A stretch of 61,051 nt of DNA, filler included, from Hausera hauseri (GCA_046269625.1; 12 parts of 12 records of this genome joined end to end with filler, not necessarily neighbours in it), one strand, 5' to 3'; shown: positions 36,333-48,290, counted from the first letter of the whole stretch. Notes: generated by a model from the sequence alone, not told the origin. Numbers and translations are program-made.

Positions 36333-37966
36333 CAGTGCTTAACATAATTATAACCGCTTTGAATATTTTGCGATTTTTCGGTTAGCTAAGAGTGAAACTT
36401 TAAATCACTATGATAGTTTGTAGGAGTCGATGATGCGACGTAATGCAATGCATTCTCTTTCTCCCATTCCCATTTTTTCCATACCTGAGTGACTTTTGAT
36501 CGATTTTGGTCAATTTTACACATAACATAATTATAACCGCTTCTCATAATAACACTGAATCACGATTTTATTTTGAATTTCAATAGGAGTTAAGGCCACC
36601 ATTGTGGCTAATGACTTCAAAAATGCGATTAGGCATGGAATTAACTAAATTGGAAAGAGTCTGTACACTTATTTCACTCCATGCATGAAGAATTGCTGCT
36701 TTCAACTCAGCGACTGTGTGATACTGGCGATTATGGTCATAAACCCGACGGACTAAGATTCCCCACAGGTTCTCTATGGGGTTGCAGTCTGGCGAACAAG
36801 CTGGCCAGTCCAACACGGCAATATTTTTCTCCAAGAGCCAAGCTTTGGTGCTTCTACTGCAATGGACGCTGGCATTGTCTTGTTGGAAAATCATCCCCCG
36901 TCGTCGATAATGTCGAATAAATGGAAGGAGGCTTTCTTGGAGTACGCGCTGATATTCGGCACTATCCATTTTGGACGAAGGAAAGGACAATGGAAGTGTT
37001 CCTTCCTTGCAAAAGGCTCCCCATACCATCACACTGCCGCCACCAAAATTCCTGCGAGAAAAAAACTGAGGTTCCTTACGCAGGTCACGCCAATACCCAT
37101 TCACCCGATCGGGACCGTCCAAGTTGAATTTTTTTTCGTCGCTGAATATCACCTAGCAAGATAAAAATATGAGAGGACTGCATGAATTAGCGTGAAAGCC
37201 TGAAAATCATGAAAAAATTTACTTTAGCCCAATCGCGACCCATGTTGACTCGACAGAAATCAAGTCTGGCTGCTTTATGGTGATCCTTAAGACAAGGAGC
37301 AGGTTTCATCTTTGATCTGATGATGTTTGGATTGCGTTTAAGTGTTCTCCAGATGGTCATATGAGAGACATCCAGATTCAGCTCCTTTTTAAGTTCTAAA
37401 CAACCCTTGGACGTGTTTGAGGCAGCATCAACTACTCGCCGCTGAGCACGCAATGAGAGCTTCCTCTTTCGCCCGGTATGTTTTTTCACACAATACTGCT
37501 GAGGATTTCTCAAATAGTTGCGCACAACTCGATCTGATCTGGAAATTCGTCTGGCTATCTCTTTTTTGGACAAGTTTTCCATACGCAATGCCATGATTTG
37601 CCCTTTTTCATACTGAGACAATTGTTTACCACGTGGCATGACGGCTGGTACTAAAAATATAGAAGAAATATACTAAATCTACACTAAAATAGCATGTAAA
37701 AAGTAATTACCTGAGTAAAAAAGGTATAAACAAGCGAAATGGAATATCAAAGCAACCGCGGTTATAATTTTGTTACGCTAAAACAACAAGTGTTTTTACA
37801 ATATATTAAAATATTTTTTAATAAGAAAAAATATTTTCATACACAACATTACAAATTTATTCATCCTTATAATAGATGATAATAAGAAAAAGATTTCATG
37901 AATTACCTTATTTGGCACATAGATTTTTTATAAAATCAAAAGCGGTTATAATTATGTTAAGCACTG
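36333..37966 (-). mobile_element. Complete Tc3-like (DD34E) DNA transposon, 1634 bp
   Basis: 28-bp perfect TIR CAGTGCTTAACATAATTATAACCGCTTT, TA on both sides, and inner copies of the binding motif at ~36523 and ~37759. Confidence 0.96.
36580..37639 (-). CDS. Tc3-like transposase, 329 aa, two exons (37639-37223 and 37152-36580)
   Basis: MPRG start; a 70-nt GT-AG phase-0 intron joins DWAK|VIFSDEKKFNLDGPD; QQDNA...SPDCNPIENLW gives DD34E spacing. Confidence 0.93.
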
Positions 37967-38039
37967 TATAAAATGTTGTAAGATTAAATCGTTGGATGCT
38001 TCAACACCAGCAAACAAAATAACTCAGAAAAATTACTTT

Positions 38040-39391
38040 TACCAAACTTTTGCGTAAGATCCTAGAGTCATTATCAAAACCAACTCCCGAAATTGATAGA
38101 TGGATATACCAAGTCATATGGGAATTAGGAGTAAACCATCATGACATATCAAGCAGTGTTATAGCGTGGATCAGAAGTTAATATGTAACCGCCTTCTATT
38201 ATCACCATATTGAGTACAGACAACAAATTTTATTACAGCGAACAGTAAATTATTTCCATATTAATAATTTTATACTTAGATCTGATTTACATACAGGGAA
38301 AATCCGGCAATACATGATACAAATTTTTTTCACAATTTTAACAGGGATAAGGATCAACCTAATGGGATAAAAATAACTGATGGAGAAATAATTAATTTAA
38401 CACAAGCCAGCACCTTAGAGATTTACCATCATTCCGTACGACTGCATGATGAAAGAATAGACCTACTTGCACAAAAATATGGAATAGATCGTAAAATGGT
38501 ATATTGCACTAGATGGATCAATAGGGTCACGGCCTATTTAGGATTAACCCAAGTAGATTTATTACCAAAAGAAAAAACATATCTAATAAGATATTTATTA
38601 GAACTACCACAAGATGAAGTACCAGTAACAAAAATGCCTTGTCGACAGTATCTGGCAAAAATGTACAAACAAATAAGTAAAATAAAATCATACCTAAAAG
38701 GCAAGAAAAGCAAACGTCGAGGACCAATTAGAGATAATGAAACTTGGAATAAAATGGAAGAAAATATTAGAAAGTTACACCGACTTATTTCAAAGTTCAC
38801 ACCTGAAAATGAACCCACAGTCACTGGAAATCTCAGCGAGTCAGACGTATTAGACCCAATATTAGAGGAAGAGGAATCTATCATGAGTGAAAACCTCACC
38901 AGAACAGATGATTTGAATCCTATATCAAATGAGAACTATATTATAAATGAAAACTCTAATAAACTGGACAACCAACCAGATACCAAAGATATTCCAATGA
39001 ACCAGCACGGTCAAAGTATACAACCAGAATTTAGTAAAGCAGTCTTATTTTCATATATTGGCATTGTGTATGACCAATGTATTAGCACAATTGACCTTAC
39101 CTCCTCGACTAAAACACAATTCAACCTTAACTTTTATCAAAGATCAAGGACTACCTACAATATTTCAGGATTATTCAAAGTTGCCAGAAGGCACAAGATT
39201 GGAGCTGAAGTATTATCAAAAATTTATATTTAAAGTTTTCTCTATTCATTATTACCCTGAAAAAAATATTTGTTAATAAAACATGTAAGTAAACCGTTAG
39301 GACAAAAAAAGGAAGCTGTGACATTATTGGAAGCATATAAACCTATTTGTGTTGCGCATTCAGAACTAAAAGAAAGTAAATGTTGTTGTGT
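38040..39391 (+). pseudogene. Degenerate unassigned long ORF, possibly retroelement accessory region
   Basis: 245-aa ORF plus flanking broken frames; a frameshifted signal-like segment near 39045-39090 and a C-x9-CC motif at the contig end. Confidence 0.3.
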
Positions 39392-39491
39392 NNNNNNNNN
39401 NNNNNNNNNNNNNNNNNNNNNNNNNNNNNNNNNNNTTAATTAATTAANNNNNNNNNNNNNNNNNNNNNNNNNNNNNNNNNNNNNNNNNNNN

Positions 39492-40080
39492 TGGCATTTC
39501 TGATTCTCAGTGTATAATTTCGTGACACTATGAAACATTACTTTTTGCGATCGCATTTCTGATTCATAAAAATCCACAACCAAAACGTTTAATTCCAATC
39601 CTTTTCCGGTATCGTATTCTGCTCCATTACAATGTCCGCTATGCATATCCAACCTTTCAGCTACTACCTTGCATGCCTTGATTATTTTTCCGGGTTGCAT
39701 TTCCAGTTGCATGCTGTCCCATTGTATCATTCCGGTTTCCTTAGCTTGTTTGCAATGTTGACGCTCTAAGTTCATCGGAATTAAAAGAGTGGTAGGCTTA
39801 ATTATGGAGGAGTGTCCGTGTATCAGTCCACAGTGAAAAATAGTGCGTGACCGTTTTAACATGCACACCATTCCATCTAATGATACCAATTCTTGTTGCT
39901 GATACAGGAAGCAACTTTTCTCTCTTCTTTCTAGTTTGTGCGGTCTAGCATCCTCGTAGGCTTCTAGGTCCATTAAGGAATATCTCTGTCCTAATTTAAA
40001 CTTGTCACAATCATAGACGGTTACCGCACTTACATATTTTATTAACATCATCAATGTAAGTAAGCTAATTAGCCAATTTG
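39492..40080 (-). pseudogene. env: Chuvirus-like glycoprotein, N-terminal part (second copy)
   Basis: VTVYDCDKFKLGQRYSL...IFHCGLIHGHSSII...GHCNGAEYD; collinear with 13260-13810. Confidence 0.82.
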
Positions 40081-40305
40081 ATTCATTTTTCCGACCTCAA
40101 ACGTCTGACATTGTCAGGCTACGTAGCATATCGTCAAGTTTATTGTTGCTTCGTTTGTCTTCCTCTTGTCAAATAGCCTTGCCCAATTCACCTCGCAAGG
40201 CATTCTTCTTCCTGCTTTTCATGCTAAGTTTATTGCCCGATTGATTTTATTTTCTCGGTTGGGATTTATTTTGATGGCTAAGTACACCAAAACTTTTCTC
40301 AATTC

Positions 40306-42999
40306 TTAATTTGTGTTTTCTACCATGATCTTTTCTATTATCGACTCATCGGTTAAGTTACTTTTTGATACTTTGAAACGTGAAATTTTCATCATTTTGG
40401 CTGCATCAAATATTATCCTTTCTTTATCGTCTAACACCTCTCCTCGAAAACTAGAATAATTTACAATTCTTATTAAATTTTTCATTAGCTCGCTTAATTC
40501 TTCGTTATCTGGGCTAAGAGTCGGAATCGACATCTGTCTCAATTCTCTAATTAATTCTCCGTTGTAGTCCACTTCTTCCCGCATCTTTCTAGGTCTACCT
40601 ACTGGGCGTTTCGGTCTTGGGCCTCTGGCGGTTATTGCACTCAATGGTACTAAATTTATATCGTATTGTTCCTTATCTTCGTCCGTTTGTAAATACTCAA
40701 AATATAATGCAGCGTCTCGGACTCCCATAATTTGTCCAACGCATTGTTCTGCTTTAGCCTTACGTGTAGCTTCTTCTTTTGTCTGTTCGTTAGTTATTAC
40801 TACCACTATCCGATTTGTTTCGTCGGGAATAATCCCGACGTCTATTAATTGTTCTAAGTCGTCGAGTATTCTACCTCTAAAGTAAAATCTGTAGTTTAAC
40901 TCGTTTGTTCCACCATTGTTTATCAGCCATTCTCTTACGTCCCTTACGTAGGAATATGTGGTCATCTCGCATTCTTTTTCATCCATCCATTCTGATGACA
41001 CCATTACTTTTATCGTCACCGCAGGTTCCGCCCTCAGGATTTTAGCGTATTTCCTTATCAAAAGTTTGGGCACCGTATTATAAATTGTGTTCTCACTAGA
41101 TAATTTAGTCAAAGTCGGAATGAGTTGTCGTAATTTATTTTCAGTGATATTTACGTTAACTAGCTCCATTAAGTCCCTTTCAGCTAGCGCTGGATCCAGT
41201 AGCATCTCCACATTGAATCTCCTGTCTTCAGGATATGCTTCTATTTCGTTTAGCTGTACTGGAGTCGTAGGTTTTTCGGCGAGTATTTCGTCGAAGTATG
41301 CATCCCATTCGGGTTCGTTTTCTACATCCGGAAGTCGGTAAGCCATATTAGCCCTTTTGACGTTTTCTCGAATTTCCTTTAATTTAGGTTGTATTTCTTT
41401 CATTTTCGTAGTTCGGAAATCTACTCCATTACCACAGGCATAATGAATCATTTTCAGTAATTCACCGTATTCGTTAGAGTCGATCAACCCTTTTTGGTGA
41501 TAATCTGTCAATTCTAGAATCACATCCTTTTGCCATCTCTGTACAAATTCTCGTTTATTCTTAATCTCTGATTGGGTAAAAGCATATTTATTCCAATAGA
41601 TTTCAAGCTCTTTTGTTATTTCCTCTAACCTTATCGCTCTTTGTTTCGTTTTGATACATGTTTCTTCTACTTTTTGTATCTTGGGCATTAATTGCCTCAT
41701 CTGCTCATAACTGATTTCTGCCATTTCCACCAATAAATTAGTTAACTCATTCATCTCATTTATAACCTTTGAATCAGGGTCTATGGCATCCGACAATTTC
41801 TTCACGAACTTGTGCTCCTGAAAACTAAATTGTGGGTCGTTTCCTATTTCTATCAACTGGGTATGGAAATTCTGATCTGACCTGTCCATCCATTCTTGAG
41901 GTTTGTGTAGAAGTTTTAGTTCATCCGTTAACGTATCTCTGTATCCTGGGCAAATGTCCAAGGTTTCGATGTCTTGAGCAGAAATTTCGCCGGTTGGTTT
42001 CCCGATTAGGTATTGAATTCCTTCTGGTTGGGCAATCCTTAACTTTGAGTTTACATCATAAACCATATTCCGTTTTTCTGTGAAGTTTGTTTCTTCGATT
42101 AATTTATAGATTACCTCTATCGTCGATGCTTCTCGCTCTCTTTCCATAAATTTTAGTTGTCGTAGCGCTTCAAATTGAGTTCGAATATCTATCTCTACTC
42201 GCAGTGTGGCTAGATTATGTGCACTTTCCTCTAGTTGTCTTTTTGCCGTTGGTTCGCTTTGCGGGAATTCCGTCTTACGATCCTCTACCAATCTAGTTAG
42301 TCGGGATACTAACTCAGACCATTCCGACAATTGATTTGTAATTACAGGTTTCGCCATTATGGCTTTATCTAAAATCTTATAAGCATCTTCTAACCCATCG
42401 TCCGGTCCGTTCAGAAATTTCATAACTCGTCCAATATAACTATACTCGTCCTTGTATTTGTCTAACTCTACGATACAGGCCTTCATTATATATTGAGTCT
42501 CCTCGTGGTTTGGGGACATACTTTGGTTCCTTAAGCTATAAATTTGTGCTCGCTTTTCATTTTTTATCCTCAGCCGATTTTCCAAGTTTATATATTGTTT
42601 GGGTGTAGCAAGTGCGACTTTTATCATCTCCGTTAGGGGAGGAATATCCAACGGGTTTATACCCAATATTTCCAAGTCGGTATTACTGCGATGGTTAACC
42701 GGTTTTTTCCTAAGCCGTTTAATTATTGCATACCGAATTTCGTTTATGATACGTTCTAAGTTACAAACTACTCTCTTCAGTTTTGGGTTCTCTTCTAGAG
42801 TAGATAGTAGCTTTTGAGCCTCAGTGACTTTTACGTCAGCTCTATCTTTGTTCTTATTCAATCCTTTTACAAACTCGACTCCACTTTTAATCCACGATTC
42901 CAATTCGTGTTTCCATTTTAATAATATTTCCGGAGACACCTCTTCAGGCTGCCTCACATCGATTGCTTCAACGAACTTTCCTTCGCTACGTAATTTCAA
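40306..42999 (-). CDS. 897-aa segment of the Gag-extension polyprotein: helical/coiled-coil region, ubiquitin-like domain (~41019-40790), AT-hook (~40612-40586)
   Basis: E/K/L-rich helical sequence, YRFYFRGRILDDLEQLIDVGI and KRPVGRPRK; same frame as the upstream zinc-knuckle ORF. Confidence 0.7.
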   Translation of the reverse strand: MKLRSEGKFVEAIDVRQPEEVSPEILLKWKHELESWIKSGVEFVKGLNKNKDRADVKVTEAQKLLSTLEENPKLKRVVCNLERIINEIRYAIIKRLRKKPVNHRSNTDLEILGINPLDIPPLTEMIKVALATPKQYINLENRLRIKNEKRAQIYSLRNQSMSPNHEETQYIMKACIVELDKYKDEYSYIGRVMKFLNGPDDGLEDAYKILDKAIMAKPVITNQLSEWSELVSRLTRLVEDRKTEFPQSEPTAKRQLEESAHNLATLRVEIDIRTQFEALRQLKFMEREREASTIEVIYKLIEETNFTEKRNMVYDVNSKLRIAQPEGIQYLIGKPTGEISAQDIETLDICPGYRDTLTDELKLLHKPQEWMDRSDQNFHTQLIEIGNDPQFSFQEHKFVKKLSDAIDPDSKVINEMNELTNLLVEMAEISYEQMRQLMPKIQKVEETCIKTKQRAIRLEEITKELEIYWNKYAFTQSEIKNKREFVQRWQKDVILELTDYHQKGLIDSNEYGELLKMIHYACGNGVDFRTTKMKEIQPKLKEIRENVKRANMAYRLPDVENEPEWDAYFDEILAEKPTTPVQLNEIEAYPEDRRFNVEMLLDPALAERDLMELVNVNITENKLRQLIPTLTKLSSENTIYNTVPKLLIRKYAKILRAEPAVTIKVMVSSEWMDEKECEMTTYSYVRDVREWLINNGGTNELNYRFYFRGRILDDLEQLIDVGIIPDETNRIVVVITNEQTKEEATRKAKAEQCVGQIMGVRDAALYFEYLQTDEDKEQYDINLVPLSAITARGPRPKRPVGRPRKMREEVDYNGELIRELRQMSIPTLSPDNEELSELMKNLIRIVNYSSFRGEVLDDKERIIFDAAKMMKISRFKVSKSNLTDESIIEKIMVENTN

Positions 43000-44032
43000 G
43001 GTTTTATATAATTTCTCGGCGTATTGCTGCTCTTTCCCGGATATGTCGACTTGTTCACTAATCTGCTTAATCTTCTGTAAATTTCGCTATAATATTTCGG
43101 GCTCTAAACAATAAATTGTTATTTTCTTTAGTTCGTCGGCGTTTTTCCATGAGCGTCGGATTTTCCACTTTTTTGAATTGAAATCGTCATTGTTGGCCGT
43201 CTCTTCCTCACTAATGGGAAGTGGGCAGATTTCGTTAATTTCATTAACTCACTCTATCGGCTCCGCTACTCCGACAGGTGTGTATAAACCGATTTCTGGT
43301 TTATCCAAATTAATCTCCGTGTCACCTTCTACAACGACAGTTGGGTTTTCCTTCTCTTCAACTTTCTCTCTGGTTATTTTGGAACGTGAACGACTTCTAC
43401 GTTTGGTTTTTAGTGAAGAGCCACGGCCTCTATTTTTCGTAATTTTAAGTATTAACGGTTCCATAAATTCTTTTTCCGCTGTATCATCTTCAGTAAGCTT
43501 AGGTACTTTTTCAACTGCAAACTCAAGCTCTTCGTCTACGTCGACCGCCGTCGATGTGCCTGGTTTATCAGATGGCTTATTGTTTGTCGGAACACTCTTC
43601 TTCCGTGTCATATCACTTCGTTTATGTGCTATTGCGCGTTGGTATTCGGTCTCAGGCTCTGCTAAGCCATGATATACTTCTAGCAACCTCAACTTATCTG
43701 CGTACTCTCTTCTAGGCATCAAAATTTGTAAGTTCGCAGTGGCTGGCTGAGCATCTAAGAATTTTCTTAAATCTTGTATATCGATGATAGTGCCTGTATT
43801 TCCACAAACGCCATACTTTGCTTCTAAGTTCTCGTTAGATCTAATCATACTAGTCTTATTTGGTTCAGTAAATGAAACGCTACGCGGATTCGGGCATGAC
43901 CTCGAAATGTGTCCTTCTTTGCCACACGTAAAACAAACTATATTTCCATTTTTGCCGACTCTCTGTCGACCGTCTTCGTTCACCGGTGACTTAGATCTAT
44001 TTATACTTTTACTATACTGATTTGACGAACTT
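43000..44032 (-). pseudogene. gag: Gag nucleocapsid region (CCHC zinc knuckle) and downstream linker
   Basis: CFTCGKEGHISRSC; the frame continues into the 897-aa ORF across two isolated stops. Confidence 0.75.
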
Positions 44033-44132
44033 NNNNNNNNNNNNNNNNNNNNNNNNNNNNNNNNNNNNNNNNNNNNTTAATTAATTAANNNNNNNNNNNN
44101 NNNNNNNNNNNNNNNNNNNNNNNNNNNNNNNN

Positions 44133-45240
44133 GTTTTTTTGCAGCGGTACAGTTGGGTGGCTGTTAGAAGACGAGATAGAATGTCCGACGTTCGCATGTT
44201 GTGTGCTGCTTCTAAAGGTGCAACCGGGAATACACTTATGTGCCTCGCTCTTAAATTTTGCTTGGTAGATGCAAATAGGGTTGTTAAATTGATACTTTTG
44301 TGCAAAAGCGGCACCCAAGATGATATTTTTGTGCTTTATGAGCAAATCTACCATGGTAGAAACAGATCAGCGATCGTGCAGGAGAAGGTGACCGATCTCT
44401 GAGTATAGAGCGTGTGGGATCGGAAGCAAAATTCTTTCGTTGAGACAAAGAGATTTCATTTAATCTATCATTGATATTGTTAACTGTATTATGTAGGGCT
44501 GCGTTTGCGGCCCGTACCTATTGTATTTGATATTCTAATGTGTTGTCGCTTGCTGTAAGTGTTGCTGAAATGATAGGTTGAGTGTTCAAATGTAATATCT
44601 CATACGTTTTGTCCGAAAGTTCGGCTAACTTATCCAGCGCCGTCGATTCCTCGACGACGGTAAGCAGGGCTCTGATCTGGATCGTTAATGCGTTTATAAA
44701 GTAACGTCGTAAGAGATCGGAATTATTTTTTTTGGAAATTCCGTGTTTGCAATTGAGCGAGACTGATTCGGAAAAAATCGGATGGTTTTTGCGTACCCAT
44801 AGTATTATCATTGAAGAATCTATGGATTATGGAATCCATAGACGGTTCCGTTAGTTTTAAAACTGCATTATACAGATTTGTGTATGGATCGGATTGTTGA
44901 AAGATGTCTAAAATATCGTGAAGAGAAGTCTTTACTGCGTTTGGTGAGAGGCAAAGTAAACTGAGCTTTGGCTGAGGGATGAGTAATATTGTTAGACTGC
45001 AGTCAAAGTTTGTGAAAGTTAAGCAAGGTTTTGCTAGACTTTTCGTGATCAATAAAGTATTTTGTGCACTGAGAAGAAATGTGTTTAGATGGCGGGGTCG
45101 TTGGTGCATAAGAGATGAAAGTAGACAGCGTGGTGACGGTCATTGATTTCTGGTGAAAAGTAAAAGTTGATGGTTTAGACGTAGTTTTATATGTAGTGTC
45201 AATGGTAGGTGAAGAATCCATGCCACCACGGATGAGCAAC
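44133..45240 (-). pseudogene. gag: Ty3/gypsy (CsRN1-like) Gag remnant
   Basis: DPYTNLYNAVL...MGTQKPSDFF, LLRRYFINAL, LDKLAELSDK, CIYQAKFKSEAHKCIPGCTF. Confidence 0.75.
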
Positions 45241-46554
45241 TGTACATGGATAACGATATGTGGGGTTGAACGAAAGAAAAAATTGCGAACATTGGCGTTA
45301 ACGAGTAGTAAATTATTAAGAGTTAAGTAAAAATCAGAAAGGGCAGTAAAATGTTGTACATATTTGTGTAAGAACAGTGTGTTTATGTTATATTGTACGT
45401 CAGTATTTCAGAGTTATTTATCAAAAAGGAAAACGAGAGCTGTCACAGAACCTAGTGGGCGATGTGGTGTCGGAACAGACCATGGCATGAGACCCACTGA
45501 CATAGAACAGATGGTCGGGCGGTCGGTCACACTGGTGCACCCGAAAATCCGGGGGGGACCGACTTCCCTCCGGTGGATCCCGTCAGAGATACAAACCTCA
45601 ATTTCAGTGTATCTGTTGTCCGAAAATGTTATGTCGAAAAAAGGTAGCAATTCAATTCCAATGAGTTGCGTACAGGTACAAAACTACGTGGCAGCCCATG
45701 TGGGAAAAGGCGAGACAACATGTGGACGGAACATATCGGAATGTATCATAATTTCCTCGTCATCACCAAGTTTCAAGGGTAATAAAACTCCAACATCGGT
45801 GAATGTCAACAAGTATGGAATAGAGTGTTGTAAACTTTGAGTACTTTTCAATTTCTTCGAAAAAACGCCAAATATTAGTTTCAACTTCACGTACGAAGTA
45901 TGTTGGTAGAGAATTAAAAGCTGGGCCATAGTTTTAAAATATTTCTCGGAATTAGTACAGTTGTAAAGTAAGCGGAACAACGCAGTCCTCCATGCGGATA
46001 AATTGCAGTGCACCATTTCAACGAGTGGAAAATGTTTACCGGTGACAAGAAGCAATACTGTAAGAAATTCAAGGGGGAAATTACCTAATGAAAATTTCGA
46101 ATCGTGGTCGAAGTGTTGGTCGAAGATTGAATCAATGCTGTCTACGCCAAACGAGAGTTTGAAGGAACGTACAGGGTTGATCATGCGAAACAATACACCA
46201 ATGTCCTTAAACTGTAAAAAGGCACAAAGCAGGTTATGAACGTAATACTTGAACGTATCAAGACAATACAAGTGAAGGATTGTTGACAACGATCGTAAGA
46301 CACCGTTAGACCGCAATACGGAAAAGGAGATATGGAAATACGACAAGATATATTGTACTAATGGAGACTGGAAATCATATACAAAAAATATGGCAACTGG
46401 AGGAAATAAAATATATCATGAAAGGATATATGAAAAAAAAACAATTGCCGACAAATTTGCACACAACAACCACTCTTATTCCATCGTACAGCAGTATCCG
46501 TTTAATGCTGTCCGTGGGATCTGCGAAACCACCCGTCCAACTATAGCATTCGAA

Positions 46555-46785
46555 GGAACGGTCGAATTTTCGATAAAACAGCATCTTCATCATTCCAAAT
46601 GGGAAGTACTTCGAAACCGTAGGCACTGCAAAGAAGTTTTAAAAGCCCTAATATTTGTGAATTGGCCCGCAGTGATTTGCTGAACATTTCGAATGTAGCA
46701 TAATGAATATAATAAAATGCAGCGATCATTCCAAAATTGGTCGGTGTTACATCAATATCGTCCCACTGAATGATGTTGAATGAAC
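46555..46785 (-). pseudogene. SNRNP200: Brr2/SNRNP200 Sec63-domain fragment
   Basis: DDIDVTPTNFGMIAAFYYIHYATFEMFSKSL...LLCSAYGFEVLPIWNDED. Confidence 0.8.
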
Positions 46786-46794
46786 TTTCATCGG

Positions 46795-47966
46795 TATTTT
46801 TTGTCGCACACTGCGTAGAACAAATCGACAGCTCTTTGACGAACTGAGACATCTCTTTCACTCTTTAGCGCCGATATAATAGTTTCTTGATTTTTTAACT
46901 GCTTCGTGACTGAATTCACTTGACGCCAATAAACACATCGACTCCAATGCCAGGTATAATAGATTGGTCTCGCGGTTAGACAAAAACTGTCCAAGTAGAT
47001 TACATTCGCGAACAAATAAATTTGGATCACATCCATATGAATTATTAAATTATTAAATTAATTCCGCAATTGAATGTTGAACTTTTATCGATTTTGGAGG
47101 TTCCTGAGCTTTACTCAGAATGCTTTCTAAACATTGGAGTCTACTTCGAACTGGAGCATCATCAGGAGGTGGATAGCTTTGTAGTATCCTTCAAAGCTGA
47201 ACTGAAAGCCAAGGCGTAGTAACAAAATAATAAGTGTAATCTTGTAAATCGCTGTATGACGACGTAACAATACGACGCAATTTCGATACGGCTAGTGAAA
47301 TACAAGTTTTGTACTCAACGGGCGACCGTTTTACAAGAATTTCTATTAAACTAACTGCAGCTGTAAGGACGCCTATGTGTGGGTCATTCAACAAATGAAT
47401 CACTAGTGACGTCCAATCTTCGAAATTAACGAGATCAGTCGCTGCTCGGCTAAGTTTAAGAAGACAAAAGCGGCACTCTGTTTAACTGAATCTCTGGTAC
47501 CTCTGGAAACCAATAGTCTTGGAATTTCTTTTGCAAAATTCTCCGTTCTTTCTCGAGTACCAATACTGGCAATGCGTTGTAAAGCTAGCTTGACGAAAAC
47601 CGGATTTCGGCTGCTTAAATCATCTTTCAATCGTTACACGACTAAGTTCATTAAGGAATGCGATTCGTTTATTAAAACATAAAAAGATATCCAATTTGTT
47701 TCTCTGTATACTTGTTAGAACATAATAAATTAACAGCCTCGGAATGACCGAAATCAATATCATATCCAAGAAGGAAAATAAATAACAACTTACAAACATT
47801 TTTTCTTCTGATATCCTTCCAGAGTTTTATCGCCTTTAAACTTTGAACGAATGTTGGCTAATTCTCTATTAATCCTTCCAACTTCAGATTCTTTGCTTTT
47901 GCAATTTCGAATGTTAGATATAAACACAGCCAAACTGCGCATTGAATCTCCTTTGAACGTTGGCAT
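46795..47966 (-). pseudogene. AP2A: AP-2 alpha-adaptin N-terminal region, intronless, frameshifted and internally interrupted
   Basis: [26 protein letters not shown]...[55 protein letters not shown]. Confidence 0.92.
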
Positions 47967-48290
47967 GTTGTCTGGATAGTATTTTCATGCAAATATAAAA
48001 TAATAGTTTTGTAAATACAGTCTAACGGGAAGACCCCGCGACGGAAGATGAAGTGTAACAGCCATCGACGACATCGGGCAAAAACGCCGCAACCGGTTGT
48101 ATCCAGCCAAAATGAGCCACGGGAGCACCACAGTCTTCATTTTAAAATATTTACCAAACACAGCTAGCAAATTTAAGCAAACTTTTATTANNNNNNNNNN
48201 NNNNNNNNNNNNNNNNNNNNNNNNNNNNNNNNNNTTAATTAATTAANNNNNNNNNNNNNNNNNNNNNNNNNNNNNNNNNNNNNNNNNNNN

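Noticed and set aside
15222-48190. Functional host genes for SLC37A, NAA15, PLC, HFM1, PLOD, SNRNP200 and AP2A
   Set aside because: All are truncated, most carry stops or frameshifts, and no splice sites restore the missing parts.
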